From: an uncultured Spirochaetota bacterium
Lineage (GTDB): Bacteria; Spirochaetota; Spirochaetia; SZUA-6; DRHE01
Direction of reading: 5' to 3'
Length of the DNA: 64,000 nt
Assembly (NCBI GenBank): GCA_963736785.1
Contig: CAVTQG010000053.1
Span: 64,039-128,038, forward strand
This document shows positions 19,859-28,631 of this stretch, in pieces. Both the position numbers and the translations under genes were made by a program. The notes under the pieces are model-generated. The model did no database searches. It was not told where the DNA came from and saw only the letters and a program-made list of their open reading frames with translations. The number at the start of each line of letters is the position of its first letter. The first letter of the stretch is position 1.

Positions 19859-21605
19859 CCACGTCGGCTACGACGCGGGCGAGCCCAAGCGGGCGGTGCT
19901 GCAGGCCGACAGGGCCGAGCCCTTCTCCACCGCGCCGCTGGCCTTCCGCCTGGTGGATGCCTCCACCGGCGCCCGGGTCTTCCACGGGCTGGCGCGGTTC
20001 GTGGGGCCCGTGCCCCGCTGGCGGGATTGGGTGTTCTGGACCCTGGATTTCTCCGAGCTGCGGCGGCCGGGGCGCTTCGTGGCCGAGCTGGGTGGCGGCG
20101 GCGGCGTCCTCTCCAAGAGCCAGGCCGGCCGCTCCGAGGCCTTCGAGATCGGGCAGGGCCTGCTGCTGTCCCGCACGGTCCCGGCCGTGCTGGGATACTT
20201 CCGCTCCCAGCGCTGCTCCGGCGCGTTGGACGAGGCGGACCGGCGGGCGCCCTTCTTCGGCGGGCGCGCCGACCGGGTGGACGTGCACGGGGGGTGGTAC
20301 GACGCCTCGGGGGACTGGAGCAAGTACCTGAGCCACCTTTCCTACGCCAACCACCTGAACCCGCAGCACGCCCCCCTGGCCGTCTGGGCCATGCTGGCCG
20401 CCGCCGGGCTGCTGCAGGGCAAGAGCGCGGCCCCGCGGCCGGAGCTGCGGCAAGAGCTGCTGGACGAGGCGCGCTACGGGGCGGAGTTCCTCCAGCGCAT
20501 GCAGGACCCGGCCGGCTATTTCTACATCGGGGTGTTCGACCGCTGGACCCACGAGCCGGCCGAGCGCCGGATCAGCACCTTCCGCGGCCAGCAGGGCGAG
20601 CGGGGCGCGGACTACCAGGCCGGCTACCGCCAGGGCGGGGGCCTGGCCATCGCCGCACTGGCGCGCGCCGCGCGCGACCTGGCCGCGGGCGGGAGCGCCG
20701 GCGGAAGCGAGGACGGCTTCCTGCGGGCCGCCGGACGGGGCTTCGAGCCACCTGGAAGCGCACAACCGCGAGTACCTGGACGACGGCCGCGAGAACATCA
20801 TCGACGACTACTGCGCGCTGCTGGCCGCCGCGGAGCTGTACGCGGCCGCGGGCCGGGGGACGCACCTGCGGGCCGCGCGCCGGCGCGCCCGCCGCCTGGC
20901 CGGGCGCCTGTGCCGGGACGGATCTGCCGCGACTTCTGGCGCGCCGACGCGCGGGGGCGCAGGCCTTTCTTCCACGCCGCCGACGCGGGCCTGCCGGTGG
21001 TCGCCCTGCTGCGCTACGCGGAGGTGGAGCCCTCGGCCGAGCGGGCGGCCGCGGCCAGGCGGGCGGCGCGCCGCTCCCTGGAGTTCGAGCTGGCGATAAC
21101 GGGCCGCACGGCCAATCCCTTCGGTTACGCCAGGCAGTACGTGCAGCCGGTGGACGGGCCGCGGCGGGAGGCCTTCTTCTTCCCGCACCGCAACGAGAGC
21201 GGCTACTGGTGGCAGGGGGAGAACGCCCGCCTGGCCTCGCTGGCGGCCGCCGCGCGCCTCGGCCGCGGCGCGCTGCCCGGCCGAGGAGCGCCTGGCCGCG
21301 CGCCTGGCGGTCTACGCCGCCGACCAGCTCGGCTGGATCCTCGGCTGCAACCCCTTCGACGCCTGTTTCCTGCACGGTTTCGGGCGCAACAACCCGGAGT
21401 ACGAGCCGCCCGTTACCCCAACGCCTACGGCGGCATCTGCAACGGCGTCACCGGCGGCTTCGCCGACGAGGAAGACATCGATTTCCTGCCCTCCCCTTAT
21501 GCGGAGAGCGGGACGCACCGCTGGCGCTGGAGCGAGCAGTGGCTGCCCCACGCGGCCTGGTACCTGTTGGCGGCCTGCGCCGCGAGTGATAGAATCACGG
21601 AATGA
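19842..21605 (+). pseudogene. GH9 glycoside hydrolase with N-terminal Ig-like domain, four frame breaks (near 20748, 20920, 21270, 21408)
   Basis: GH9 signature DVHGGWYDASGDWSKY. The out-of-frame stretches read cleanly in frame 1 (HLEAHNREYLDDGRENIIDDYCALLAAAELY; ARLAVYAADQLGWILGCNPFDACFLHGFGRNNPEY). Confidence 0.75.
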
Positions 21606-21904
21606 AGAAAGTTCTGCTGTTCGCCGGCGTGGCGCTGCTCTGCGCCCTGCTGGCCGGCTGCGCGGCCGGTCCCAACCAGCTGACCAGGACCGCCAACGCC
21701 GAGGGCAAGGTCGGCAACTTCTGGCTCGGGCTGTGGCACGGCCTGATCGCGCCGGTCACCTTCGTCATCTCGCTGTTCTCCAAGTCCGTGACGATGTACG
21801 AGGTGCACAACAACGGCGGCTGGTACAACTTCGGCTTCCTGCTGGGGATGATCATCATCCTGGGAGGCGGGGGCGGCGGGGCCGCGCGGCGCCGCCGGCA
21901 ATAA
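21602..21904 (+). CDS. Small lipoprotein / membrane protein, hypothetical
   Basis: Lipobox LLAGC after MKKVLLFAGVALLCA, two hydrophobic segments, Gly-rich basic tail. ATGA overlap with the GH9 stop. Confidence 0.6.
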   Translation: MKKVLLFAGVALLCALLAGCAAGPNQLTRTANAEGKVGNFWLGLWHGLIAPVTFVISLFSKSVTMYEVHNNGGWYNFGFLLGMIIILGGGGGGAARRRRQ

Positions 21905-21928
21905 GGGGCGCTGGGAGGCGTTTGAGGG

Positions 21929-22147
21929 TCAGGCCCGCAGGGTCAGTTTGTACCGCGCTTCGAGCTTCGTCTTGAGCGCCAGCCCTTCGCAGTCCAGATA
22001 AGGCTCGTCGTCCAGCCTCATCTGGTATTCCATCGCCCGCAGGCAGCCGAGGATGATCCTGAGCTCGTTGGCCGAGAGCTCCAATCTGACTCGCCGGTCG
22101 AGCGCTTTGAGGCTTCTCTCGACGTTTCTGGATACTGTTTGCTGCAC
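21929..22147 (-). CDS. Small hypothetical protein (72 aa from GTG 22147; track ORF extends to 22183)
   Basis: The first 12 codons of the track ORF coincide with a sigma-54 promoter. GTG 22147 has AGGAG 8 nt upstream. No recognisable domain. Confidence 0.4.
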   Translation of the reverse strand: MQQTVSRNVERSLKALDRRVRLELSANELRIILGCLRAMEYQMRLDDEPYLDCEGLALKTKLEARYKLTLRA

Positions 22148-22171
22148 GGCCTGTACTCCTGCTCTTATTAT

Positions 22172-22187
22172 CGCAAGATGCATGCCA
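22172..22187 (-). promoter_or_regulatory. Sigma-54 (-24/-12) promoter TGGCATgcatcTTGCG
   Basis: Exact GG-N10-GC spacing. Lies between the activator gene stop (22236) and the small ORF. Confidence 0.55.
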
Positions 22188-22235
22188 AAGGAATAGGTTT
22201 TTACGGAAAAAGGTATTTTATTTCGTGGTAAGGCA

Positions 22236-23693
22236 TTAGAGAACAGTAACTGGCGCGGGAGAATCAGAATCCCAGCGGAGTGTACCCTTTATTCGACAGT
22301 TTCTGCTTGGAATTATCTGATTCAGCTTCCAGCTGGGGTGGGTCATCCCGAAGCGTTTGATCTTGTAGTTGAGCACGCGGCTGGAAACCCCGAGCAGTTT
22401 CGCCGCCTCTTTCTGGACCCAGCCGGAGCGTTCCAGGGCCTGCTGAACGAAGCTCCGCTCCACCACTTCCAGGTTCACGCCTCCCGGCGGGAGCGTGAGC
22501 TGCCTGTCCCCGTCCGCGGTCGGCTTGCGGTCGAACGTCCGCCCCAGTCCCCCCAGGGTCACGTTTTCCCCTTCGCACAGCAGGACCGCCCTCTCCACGG
22601 TGTTTTCCAGCTCGCGGATGTTGCCCGGCCAGTGGTAGCTCAGCAGCGCCTCAAGCGCCGCGGAGTCCATCCCTTTGATTTTTTTGTTCAGGGCCACGGC
22701 GAACTTCTTCAGGAAAAACTGGATCAGCAGACGGAGATCGTCGCCGCGCTCGCGCAGGGGAGGCAGATGTATCGCCACCACGTTCAGGCGGTAATAGAGG
22801 TCTTCCCGGAACTTCCCCTGCTCGATCTGCTTCAACAGATCCTTGTTGGTGGCGGACAGGATCCGGACGTCGGTCTTCACGGTCTGGCTGCTGCCCAGCC
22901 GCTCGAACTCCCGCTCCTGCAGCACCCTGAGCACCTTGGCCTGGGTGTAGAGGCTCATGTCGGCGACTTCGTCCAGAAAAATCGTCCCGCCCGAGGCCTG
23001 CTCGAAGCGTCCGATCCGGAGCTTTTCCGCCCCGGTGAAGGCGCCCTTCTCGTAGCCGAACAGCTCGCTTTCCAGGAGCTGTTCCGGCAGCGCCGCGCAG
23101 TTCACCCGCACGAACGGGCCCTTGCTCCGGTCGCTGTTGTAGTGGATCGCGCCGGCGACCAGCTCCTTGCCGGTGCCGGTTTCGCCGGTGATGAGGACGC
23201 TCGAGTTGGTGTTGGCCACCAGGTTGACGATCCTGAAGGCCGCTTTGATCTCCGGGCACTCGCCGATGAAGTTGTACGGCTGGTAGACGTTGCGGAAGCG
23301 GTCGGTGACCGCCTCTTCCTTGCGCGGCTCCTGGTGTTTTTCAAGAGCCTTCTTGATCTGGAAGGCCAGTTCCGGCAGGCTGAAAGGCTTCTGGATGATC
23401 CCGAACGCCCCCTCTTTTACGGCGCGCACTCCTTCCTGCACCGTGTCGATTTCGGAGTTTACGATGACGAGGGTGCTGGGATTCTTATCCTTCACCGCCG
23501 CCACCAGGGCTCGAATGGTTCCCCCCGGAATGCTGACGTCGCTGATGATAATGTCGAATTCTTCCTTCCTGATCAGCTCGAGGGCGGCGGAATAGTCGGA
23601 GGCCTTTTTCGCCAGATTGCCGGTGCTGTGCAGATAGTTGCAGACGTCTTCGCACAGGCTCGTGTCTTTGTCGACTACCAGGAGTTTTCGCAT
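22236..23693 (-). CDS. Sigma-54-dependent response regulator (NtrC family: REC + AAA+ + Fis HTH)
   Basis: Start MRKLLVVDKD at 23693. Motifs VLITGETGTGKE, ESELFGYEKGAFTGA, HTH KEAAKLLGVSSRVLNYKIKRFG. The track ORF start 23873 is an extension. Confidence 0.9.
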   Translation of the reverse strand: MRKLLVVDKDTSLCEDVCNYLHSTGNLAKKASDYSAALELIRKEEFDIIISDVSIPGGTIRALVAAVKDKNPSTLVIVNSEIDTVQEGVRAVKEGAFGIIQKPFSLPELAFQIKKALEKHQEPRKEEAVTDRFRNVYQPYNFIGECPEIKAAFRIVNLVANTNSSVLITGETGTGKELVAGAIHYNSDRSKGPFVRVNCAALPEQLLESELFGYEKGAFTGAEKLRIGRFEQASGGTIFLDEVADMSLYTQAKVLRVLQEREFERLGSSQTVKTDVRILSATNKDLLKQIEQGKFREDLYYRLNVVAIHLPPLRERGDDLRLLIQFFLKKFAVALNKKIKGMDSAALEALLSYHWPGNIRELENTVERAVLLCEGENVTLGGLGRTFDRKPTADGDRQLTLPPGGVNLEVVERSFVQQALERSGWVQKEAAKLLGVSSRVLNYKIKRFGMTHPSWKLNQIIPSRNCRIKGTLRWDSDSPAPVTVL

Positions 23694-23772
23694 AGTCCGC
23701 AGCGCGATTTCCTGTACTTGCCCCGCTATTCCACGCGCGATTATACTAGAAATAGCCCCTTTTGTCGTTGCC

Positions 23773-24826
23773 CTGGAGGATATTACGGAGCTCTCGAAGG
23801 TCGAAAAACTCAAGAAACTCTCCTTTTTCGCCGGTCTTTCCGAGTACGACCTCCACCAGATCGACCAGATCACGGTGGAAAAGCACTATGCCGCGGGAGA
23901 GTCGATCGTCGAGGAGAACGCCACGGCGGAGCGGTTCTTCATCATCGCCAAGGGGAAGATCCAGATCGTCAAGCGCTTCGAGAACGGGGAGCAGCTCGTC
24001 CTGGGCGTGCACAGCGACGGGGAGTTCTTCGGCGAGATGGCGCTGCTGGATGAAGGTCCGCGCTCGGCGACCGTCCGGGCCGTGGATTCCACGACGGTCG
24101 TGGAGATCGCCCGGAAGGATTTCGAAACGCTCATCTACAAGTCGCCGGTCCTGGCCTACAGCATCATGCGGGAGCTCAGCTCGCGGCTGCGCGAGACGGC
24201 GGCCCTGCTGATTTCCCACCTGCAGCGCAGGAACCGCGAGCTCTCCCAGTCCTATCTCGACACCGTCAACATCGTCATGCAGGCCATCGAGGCGCGGGAC
24301 TCCTACACCCGTGGGCACACGGAACGGGTCACCGATCTGGCCAAGGCGATCGGCGAACAGCTGAAGCTCTCGGAAGAGCAGCTCTTCAACCTGGAAATCG
24401 GATCACTGCTCCACGACGTGGGCCAGATCAGCGTTCCCGCCGCCATATTGCAAAAGCCAGGTCCGCTGGAGCGAGGACGAATTCGCCCGGGTCAAAAAGC
24501 ACCCGGAGGAGGGGAAGAAGATCGTCGAGCCGATTCCCTACCTCGAGGAGGCGGTCTCCACGATCCTGTATCACCACGAGCGTTTCGACGGTTCCGGCTA
24601 CCCCGAAAAGCTCCAGGGCCAGCAGATCCCGCTGGCCGGGCGGATCATCGCAGTAGCGGACGTTTTCGATGCGCTGACCAACGATCGCCCCTATCGTGAC
24701 CGTTTGCCCGCGGAGCAGGCGATCCAGCTGATAATAGAAGGAAAAGGAAGCAAGTTCGATCCCGTAGTGGTCGATGTGTTCCTTAAGGTCGTAAAAACCT
24801 ACAAGCCGAGACCGGCGAGACAGTAG
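23773..24826 (+). pseudogene. cNMP-binding domain + HD-GYP phosphodiesterase, one frame break near 24468; start codon unresolved
   Basis: cNMP domain FFAGLSEYDLHQI...GEFFGEMALLD...RSATVRA. HD-GYP motifs TRGHTERV, LLHDVGQ, and after the shift SEDEFARVKKHPEEG...HHERFDGSGYP...ADVFDALTNDRPYR, ending at TAG 24824-24826. Confidence 0.8.
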
Positions 24827-24842
24827 GAATACGTGTAAGATA

Positions 24843-24858
24843 GTTACAGTATTGTAAC
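24843..24858. promoter_or_regulatory. Palindrome GTTACAgtatTGTAAC, candidate activator or operator site
   Basis: Perfect 6-bp arms about 100 bp upstream of the PilZ sigma-54 promoter, in a low-GC spacer. Confidence 0.3.
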
Positions 24859-24956
24859 GGGAAAGCCAGCTTCCCTGCGTTCCGGGGAGGGGCTGTCGTT
24901 TCACTAATATTCGATGGATTAAGGAATTAGCGAAAAAAACTCCTCGTTTCCATGCT

Positions 24957-24972
24957 TGGCATGAGGTTTGCA
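24957..24972 (+). promoter_or_regulatory. Sigma-54 (-24/-12) promoter TGGCATgaggtTTGCA
   Basis: Near-consensus match with correct spacing, 26 nt upstream of the PilZ ATG. AGGACGAGGG lies between them. Confidence 0.65.
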
Positions 24973-24997
24973 TGCTTGATGATAGAAGGACGAGGGT

Positions 24998-25303
24998 ATG
25001 GACGAAAGAGAAATGCAGCAGGAAAGAAGAGACCTTTCGCGGTTTGACTTGAGACTGCGTTCCATGCTCAAGAAGCTGCAGGACGGCGAGAGCCTGGAGC
25101 TCTTCACGCGCGATGTTTCCTCCAAGGGAGCATACTTCTACACGGGCAGCCCTCTTCCGATCGACACGGGCCTCGCCATGACCCTGTTTCTGCCCGTCGG
25201 GCAAACCACCAGCAAGATCAGCGTGGCCGGAAAAGTGGTTCGAACCGAAGACGACGGCATGGCGGTCCGGTTCGATCCCAGCTACACCCTCGTCTCCGCT
25301 TGA
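24998..25303 (+). CDS. PilZ-domain c-di-GMP receptor
   Basis: 101 aa with RRDLSR (RxxxR) and DVSSKG (DxSxxG). Confidence 0.8.
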   Translation: MDEREMQQERRDLSRFDLRLRSMLKKLQDGESLELFTRDVSSKGAYFYTGSPLPIDTGLAMTLFLPVGQTTSKISVAGKVVRTEDDGMAVRFDPSYTLVSA

Positions 25304-25310
25304 GCCTTTC

Positions 25311-26138
25311 CTAGTCCCCTTGCCCCGCGGGCAGCTCCGCCAGCGCTTCCATGAGGCGGCGGCGGTAGCGCTCCTGCGCGGCGGCGTTGCGCCGTTCGGC
25401 CAGGCGACCGGCGTTGCCGATGTTGCCGATGTAATAGCGCCGCAGCGGGAAGAGCACCAGCAGCACGGCCTCCGGGTAGTAGCCGTACACGGCGGCCGCG
25501 GCGGCCAGGACCGTGATCCCGCCGTTCACCGCCAGGGCGTTCAGCGCGTCCGGGACCTCCCCGCCGTAGGCCTGGCCCGCTCCCGGTAGAAACGCCGACA
25601 GCAGCCGGGCCGCGCGCGGGGACTTGCGCCTGCACCGCCGGGCCTCGGCCAGGAGCTCCCGCAGGGGCTGCAGCTCCGCGTCCGGGAAGGCCTGCCCCAG
25701 GGCCTCTTCGGCCTCCGCCCAGCGGCCCTGGTCGATGCGCAGCACGGCCAGGTACAGGAAAAGACCACCCTCCCGTTCCCCGAAGAAGGCGCGCAGGCGC
25801 AGCAGCTCCAGTTCGGCCTCCGTGTCCTTGCCGGCCTCCAGCAGGGCCCGCACCAGGTCCAGCCGGCGCTCCAGCCTCTCCGGCTCCTCCCCGGCGGCCG
25901 CCTGGCGCAGCGCAGCCAGCCCCTCGCCGTACCGCCCCTCGGCCAGGAGGCAGAAACCCAGCCGGGACCGGACCTCGCCCGCGCGGGCATCCTCCGGGTT
26001 GAAGAACAGGAACCGCTTGTACTCGGTCACCGCCTCGGAGAAGGCCCCGGAGCGCTGGAAGGCCTCGCCCAGGACCAGGGCCGGGTCGGCGGGGGACCCA
26101 CCGGTCAGCAGCAGGGCGAGCGCCAGCTCAGGGAGCAT
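25311..26138 (-). CDS. TPR-like repeat protein with C-terminal membrane segment, hypothetical (paralog A)
   Basis: 275 aa. Helical repeats, then SAFLPGAGQAYGGEVPDALNALAVNGGITVLAAAAAVYG. Clearly homologous to the next gene. Confidence 0.6.
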   Translation of the reverse strand: MLPELALALLLTGGSPADPALVLGEAFQRSGAFSEAVTEYKRFLFFNPEDARAGEVRSRLGFCLLAEGRYGEGLAALRQAAAGEEPERLERRLDLVRALLEAGKDTEAELELLRLRAFFGEREGGLFLYLAVLRIDQGRWAEAEEALGQAFPDAELQPLRELLAEARRCRRKSPRAARLLSAFLPGAGQAYGGEVPDALNALAVNGGITVLAAAAAVYGYYPEAVLLVLFPLRRYYIGNIGNAGRLAERRNAAAQERYRRRLMEALAELPAGQGD

Positions 26139-26985
26139 CCGCTGAACCTCCAGGCGGACAGGCGGGCAGCAGGGTCAAGACGTCCTCGCGCAGGGCCTCT
26201 TCCTGCTTCTGGTTGTAGCGCCGGGCGGAGACCGCGGAGCCGTAGATGTTCCCCGCGTGCATCAGCCCGCCCAGCGAGGCGTACAGCCAGCCGCGCCACG
26301 AGTCCACCCCGTCGGCGTGGAAGCTCACGGCCGACAGGACGGCCAGCGCCCCGACCAGGATGAGGGACTGGACGCCGTCCCCGGCCTCCCCCGCGTACAT
26401 CTTGCCCGTTCCGGGCACGACCGCGGAAATCACCGCCGCCAAGGCCGGGCTCCTGCGCCGCAGGGAAGCGCCGCGCTGCGCCAGGGCCCGCAGCTCGCCC
26501 GCCTCGACGCCCGGCTGGTCGACGACCGTGCCCAGGGCCTCCTCCCAGCGCCCCAGCAGGATCAGGTCCGCGGCCGCCAGGCGGCTGAGAGGGCCGCTGG
26601 ACTGCCAGCCGGGCTCGTCCTGCAGGAAGCTCAGGGAGCCGGCGGCGTCACCCAGGTGCAGGTAGCTCAGCCCGATCTCGGCCGCCGCCCGCTCACGACC
26701 TCCAGTCGCCGCTGCGTGCATCCGGCGGAAGTGCTCCAGGGCCCGCTCGAAGTCCCCGCCGCAGCGGAAAGCCCGTCCCGCCAGCTCGTGCGCCGCCGCC
26801 AGCTCGTCGCCCTCCAGAGGCCGGGCGAACAGGTAGCGCTCGTACTCGTAACCGGCGCGCAGGTAGTCCCCCTCGGTGAACAGGTGGGCGGCAAAGGCCG
26901 CGACCGACTCCGGCGCGAAGTAGTCCGGCTCGGCCCCGGCCAGGCAGGCGGCCAGCAGCAGGGCCGCGCAGCAGGGCAGCTTCAC
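26128..26985 (-). CDS. TPR-like repeat protein with signal peptide and C-terminal membrane segment, hypothetical (paralog B)
   Basis: 285 aa starting MKLPCCAALLLAACLAGA. Equivalent motif SAVVPGTGKMYAGEAGDGVQSLILVGALAVLSAV. Overlaps paralog A by 11 nt. Confidence 0.6.
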   Translation of the reverse strand: MKLPCCAALLLAACLAGAEPDYFAPESVAAFAAHLFTEGDYLRAGYEYERYLFARPLEGDELAAAHELAGRAFRCGGDFERALEHFRRMHAAATGGRERAAAEIGLSYLHLGDAAGSLSFLQDEPGWQSSGPLSRLAAADLILLGRWEEALGTVVDQPGVEAGELRALAQRGASLRRRSPALAAVISAVVPGTGKMYAGEAGDGVQSLILVGALAVLSAVSFHADGVDSWRGWLYASLGGLMHAGNIYGSAVSARRYNQKQEEALREDVLTLLPACPPGGSADAP

Positions 26986-27404
26986 GGCTGCCCGCTCCTC
27001 GCCGTGGACTCCGGCGGCGGGTCCAGACGCTTGCCGGTGCGGGGGTCCAGGGGGTAGCGCTCCCGCTGCAGGCCATTGCAGCGCTGGTAGCGGTCCGAGG
27101 CCATCAGCATTCCCGCCAGCAGGCCGTGCCGGCGGATGCAGATCCTGGCGTAGTCGGAGCAGGAGGGCGTGAACTGGCAGCGGGGGCCGTCCTGCGAGGA
27201 AAGGAAAACCTGGTACGCGCGCAGCAGCAGCGAGGCGGCCATCTCCAGCTCGCTGGTCGATTGGCTCAGGTCCAACCGGGGCCGGGGCGCCGGTTCCAGC
27301 CGTCGCGGCCGCAGCCGCGGCAGCGGTACCGGTTCGGCGACGGCGAGCGTGCAGGCCAGGAGCAGCAGCCAGGCCGCCGGCAGCGTTCCGCGGTGCGCTA
27401 CCAC
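26982..27404 (-). CDS. YidD-like (DUF37, membrane protein insertion efficiency factor family) protein with N-terminal hydrophobic anchor
   Basis: YQVFLSSQDGPRCQFTPSCSDYARICIRRHGLLAGMLMASDRYQRCN matches the YidD core. GTG 27404 adds LPAAWLLLLACTLAVA. A shorter form from ATG 27242 is possible. Confidence 0.7.
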   Translation of the reverse strand: MVAHRGTLPAAWLLLLACTLAVAEPVPLPRLRPRRLEPAPRPRLDLSQSTSELEMAASLLLRAYQVFLSSQDGPRCQFTPSCSDYARICIRRHGLLAGMLMASDRYQRCNGLQRERYPLDPRTGKRLDPPPESTARSGQP

Positions 27405-28105
27405 TGCAGCTCCTGGACCGGGACGTCCTCCGGCAGGCGGAAGTCCGCCGCTTCGAAGGGCAGGGGGGCGTTGACCCGGTGGTTGGTGTAGAGGCTCTCC
27501 TCGCGGCTCTCGTCGTCCCCGGTGCGCTGCACGACCGTGATCCTGCCCGGAAAGGTCAGGCCGCCGACGGTGGTGCGGCGCGGTGTACTCGGTCCTGCTG
27601 ACCGTCCGGCCCTCGCGGTCCTCGAGTTCCAGGAACACGGGCCCGCCCCGGTCCGTGCCCACCAGTGCCTGGCCGACGTAGCTGCGCAGGGCGCGCGGCG
27701 GCTCCCAGACCGTGACCAGCAGGTCCCCCCGCTTGCGGTTCTGCTTCAGGGTGAACCCGGCGTCGGCCAGGCCGAAGTCCGGCCGCAGGAAGCCGAGGAA
27801 GGAGCGGGCAAAAGGGACGAGCAGGCGGTTGCGGCTGATGAAGCGGAAGGCCCGGCGCTCCTCGGGGTAGTAGATCAGCAGGTTGCGGCCCGCGAACTCG
27901 CTCCACTGCAGCGTGGGCTCGCTGACCCGGATGAGCACCCGCTCCGGCGCCTGGAAATAGAGCGTGCCGCGCACCTCCTCCTGGTCCTGCCCCGAGCCGC
28001 TGCGCCGCACGAAATCGACGGACAGGGTCTGCAGGCCCTGGGCGGCGGCGCCGGCCGCGCAGAGCAGCAGGCCGAGCCGCAGCAGGAGCCGCGCCGGGCC
28101 CCCCG
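27398..28105 (-). pseudogene. LolA-like / lipoprotein-sorting-fold exported protein, one frame break near 27580; start unresolved
   Basis: Signal-like ARLLLRLGLLLCAAGAAAQG, then VRGTLYFQAPERVLIRVSEPTLQWSEFAGRNLLIYYPEERRAFRF. The C-terminus TTVGGLTFPGRITVVQRTGDDESREESLYTNHRVNAPLPFEAADFRLPEDVPVQELQW* is in another frame. No canonical start codon is visible. Confidence 0.5.
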
Positions 28106-28117
28106 CCGCCGCGCTGC

Positions 28118-28621
28118 CTACCGCAGGGAGAGCTGCGGGGAGCAGGTGCTGGTGGAGCAGGAGTCGCTCAACCAATTGCTGAAGGCGTCGCTGCAGCTGT
28201 CGTTGCAGGCGTCGCCGCAGTCGTTGGCCGTCTCGTTGGCCGCGTTGGCCAGGCCCACCGTCAGGGCCACGGCCGCCGCCGTCCAGACGGCGAAGCCGAC
28301 CAGGGAGTACAGGAAGTTCTTCGGCTTGGCCTCGTGCCGGTAGCCGTCCATGTAGCCGGTCACGTACTCCGCGGACTTGCCGATCAGGTTGGCCCCCGGC
28401 ACGCGGGGGTTGATGACCCAGGGGAGGATGAGACCGATGGGGCCGAGCAGCAGCCCGGACAGGATCCAGACGGCCTGCCCCCTGGCGTCCACTTCTCCCT
28501 GGAGCTTGCCCTGTTCGTACTCGGTCTGCTGGGCGAAGGCCGGAGCGGCGACCAGGCACAGGACCAGCGCGACGGCGAGAGCTCTTCGCAGCGGCGCCCG
28601 AAAAACAAAGGTTTCGCTCAT
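28118..28621 (-). CDS. Hypothetical membrane protein with signal peptide, two TM segments and a Cys/Ser/Asp-rich tail
   Basis: ATG 28621. 167 aa starting MSETFVFRAPLRRALAVALVLCLVAAPAFA and ending ...NDCGDACNDSCSDAFSNWLSDSCSTSTCSPQLSLR. The rest of track ORF 28118..29071 is PFK read out of frame. Confidence 0.55.
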   Translation of the reverse strand: MSETFVFRAPLRRALAVALVLCLVAAPAFAQQTEYEQGKLQGEVDARGQAVWILSGLLLGPIGLILPWVINPRVPGANLIGKSAEYVTGYMDGYRHEAKPKNFLYSLVGFAVWTAAAVALTVGLANAANETANDCGDACNDSCSDAFSNWLSDSCSTSTCSPQLSLR

Positions 28622-28631
28622 GGCGGTACCT

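Noticed and set aside
26982-28559. 525-aa track ORF; likewise 30169..32676 (835 aa), 32945..35176 (743 aa), 8079..10769 and 7427..9670 taken as single genes.
   Set aside because: These are composites. Real protein sequence occupies only part of each ORF, and the rest is a neighbouring gene read out of frame or antisense. I split or re-joined them by following recognisable sequence across frames.
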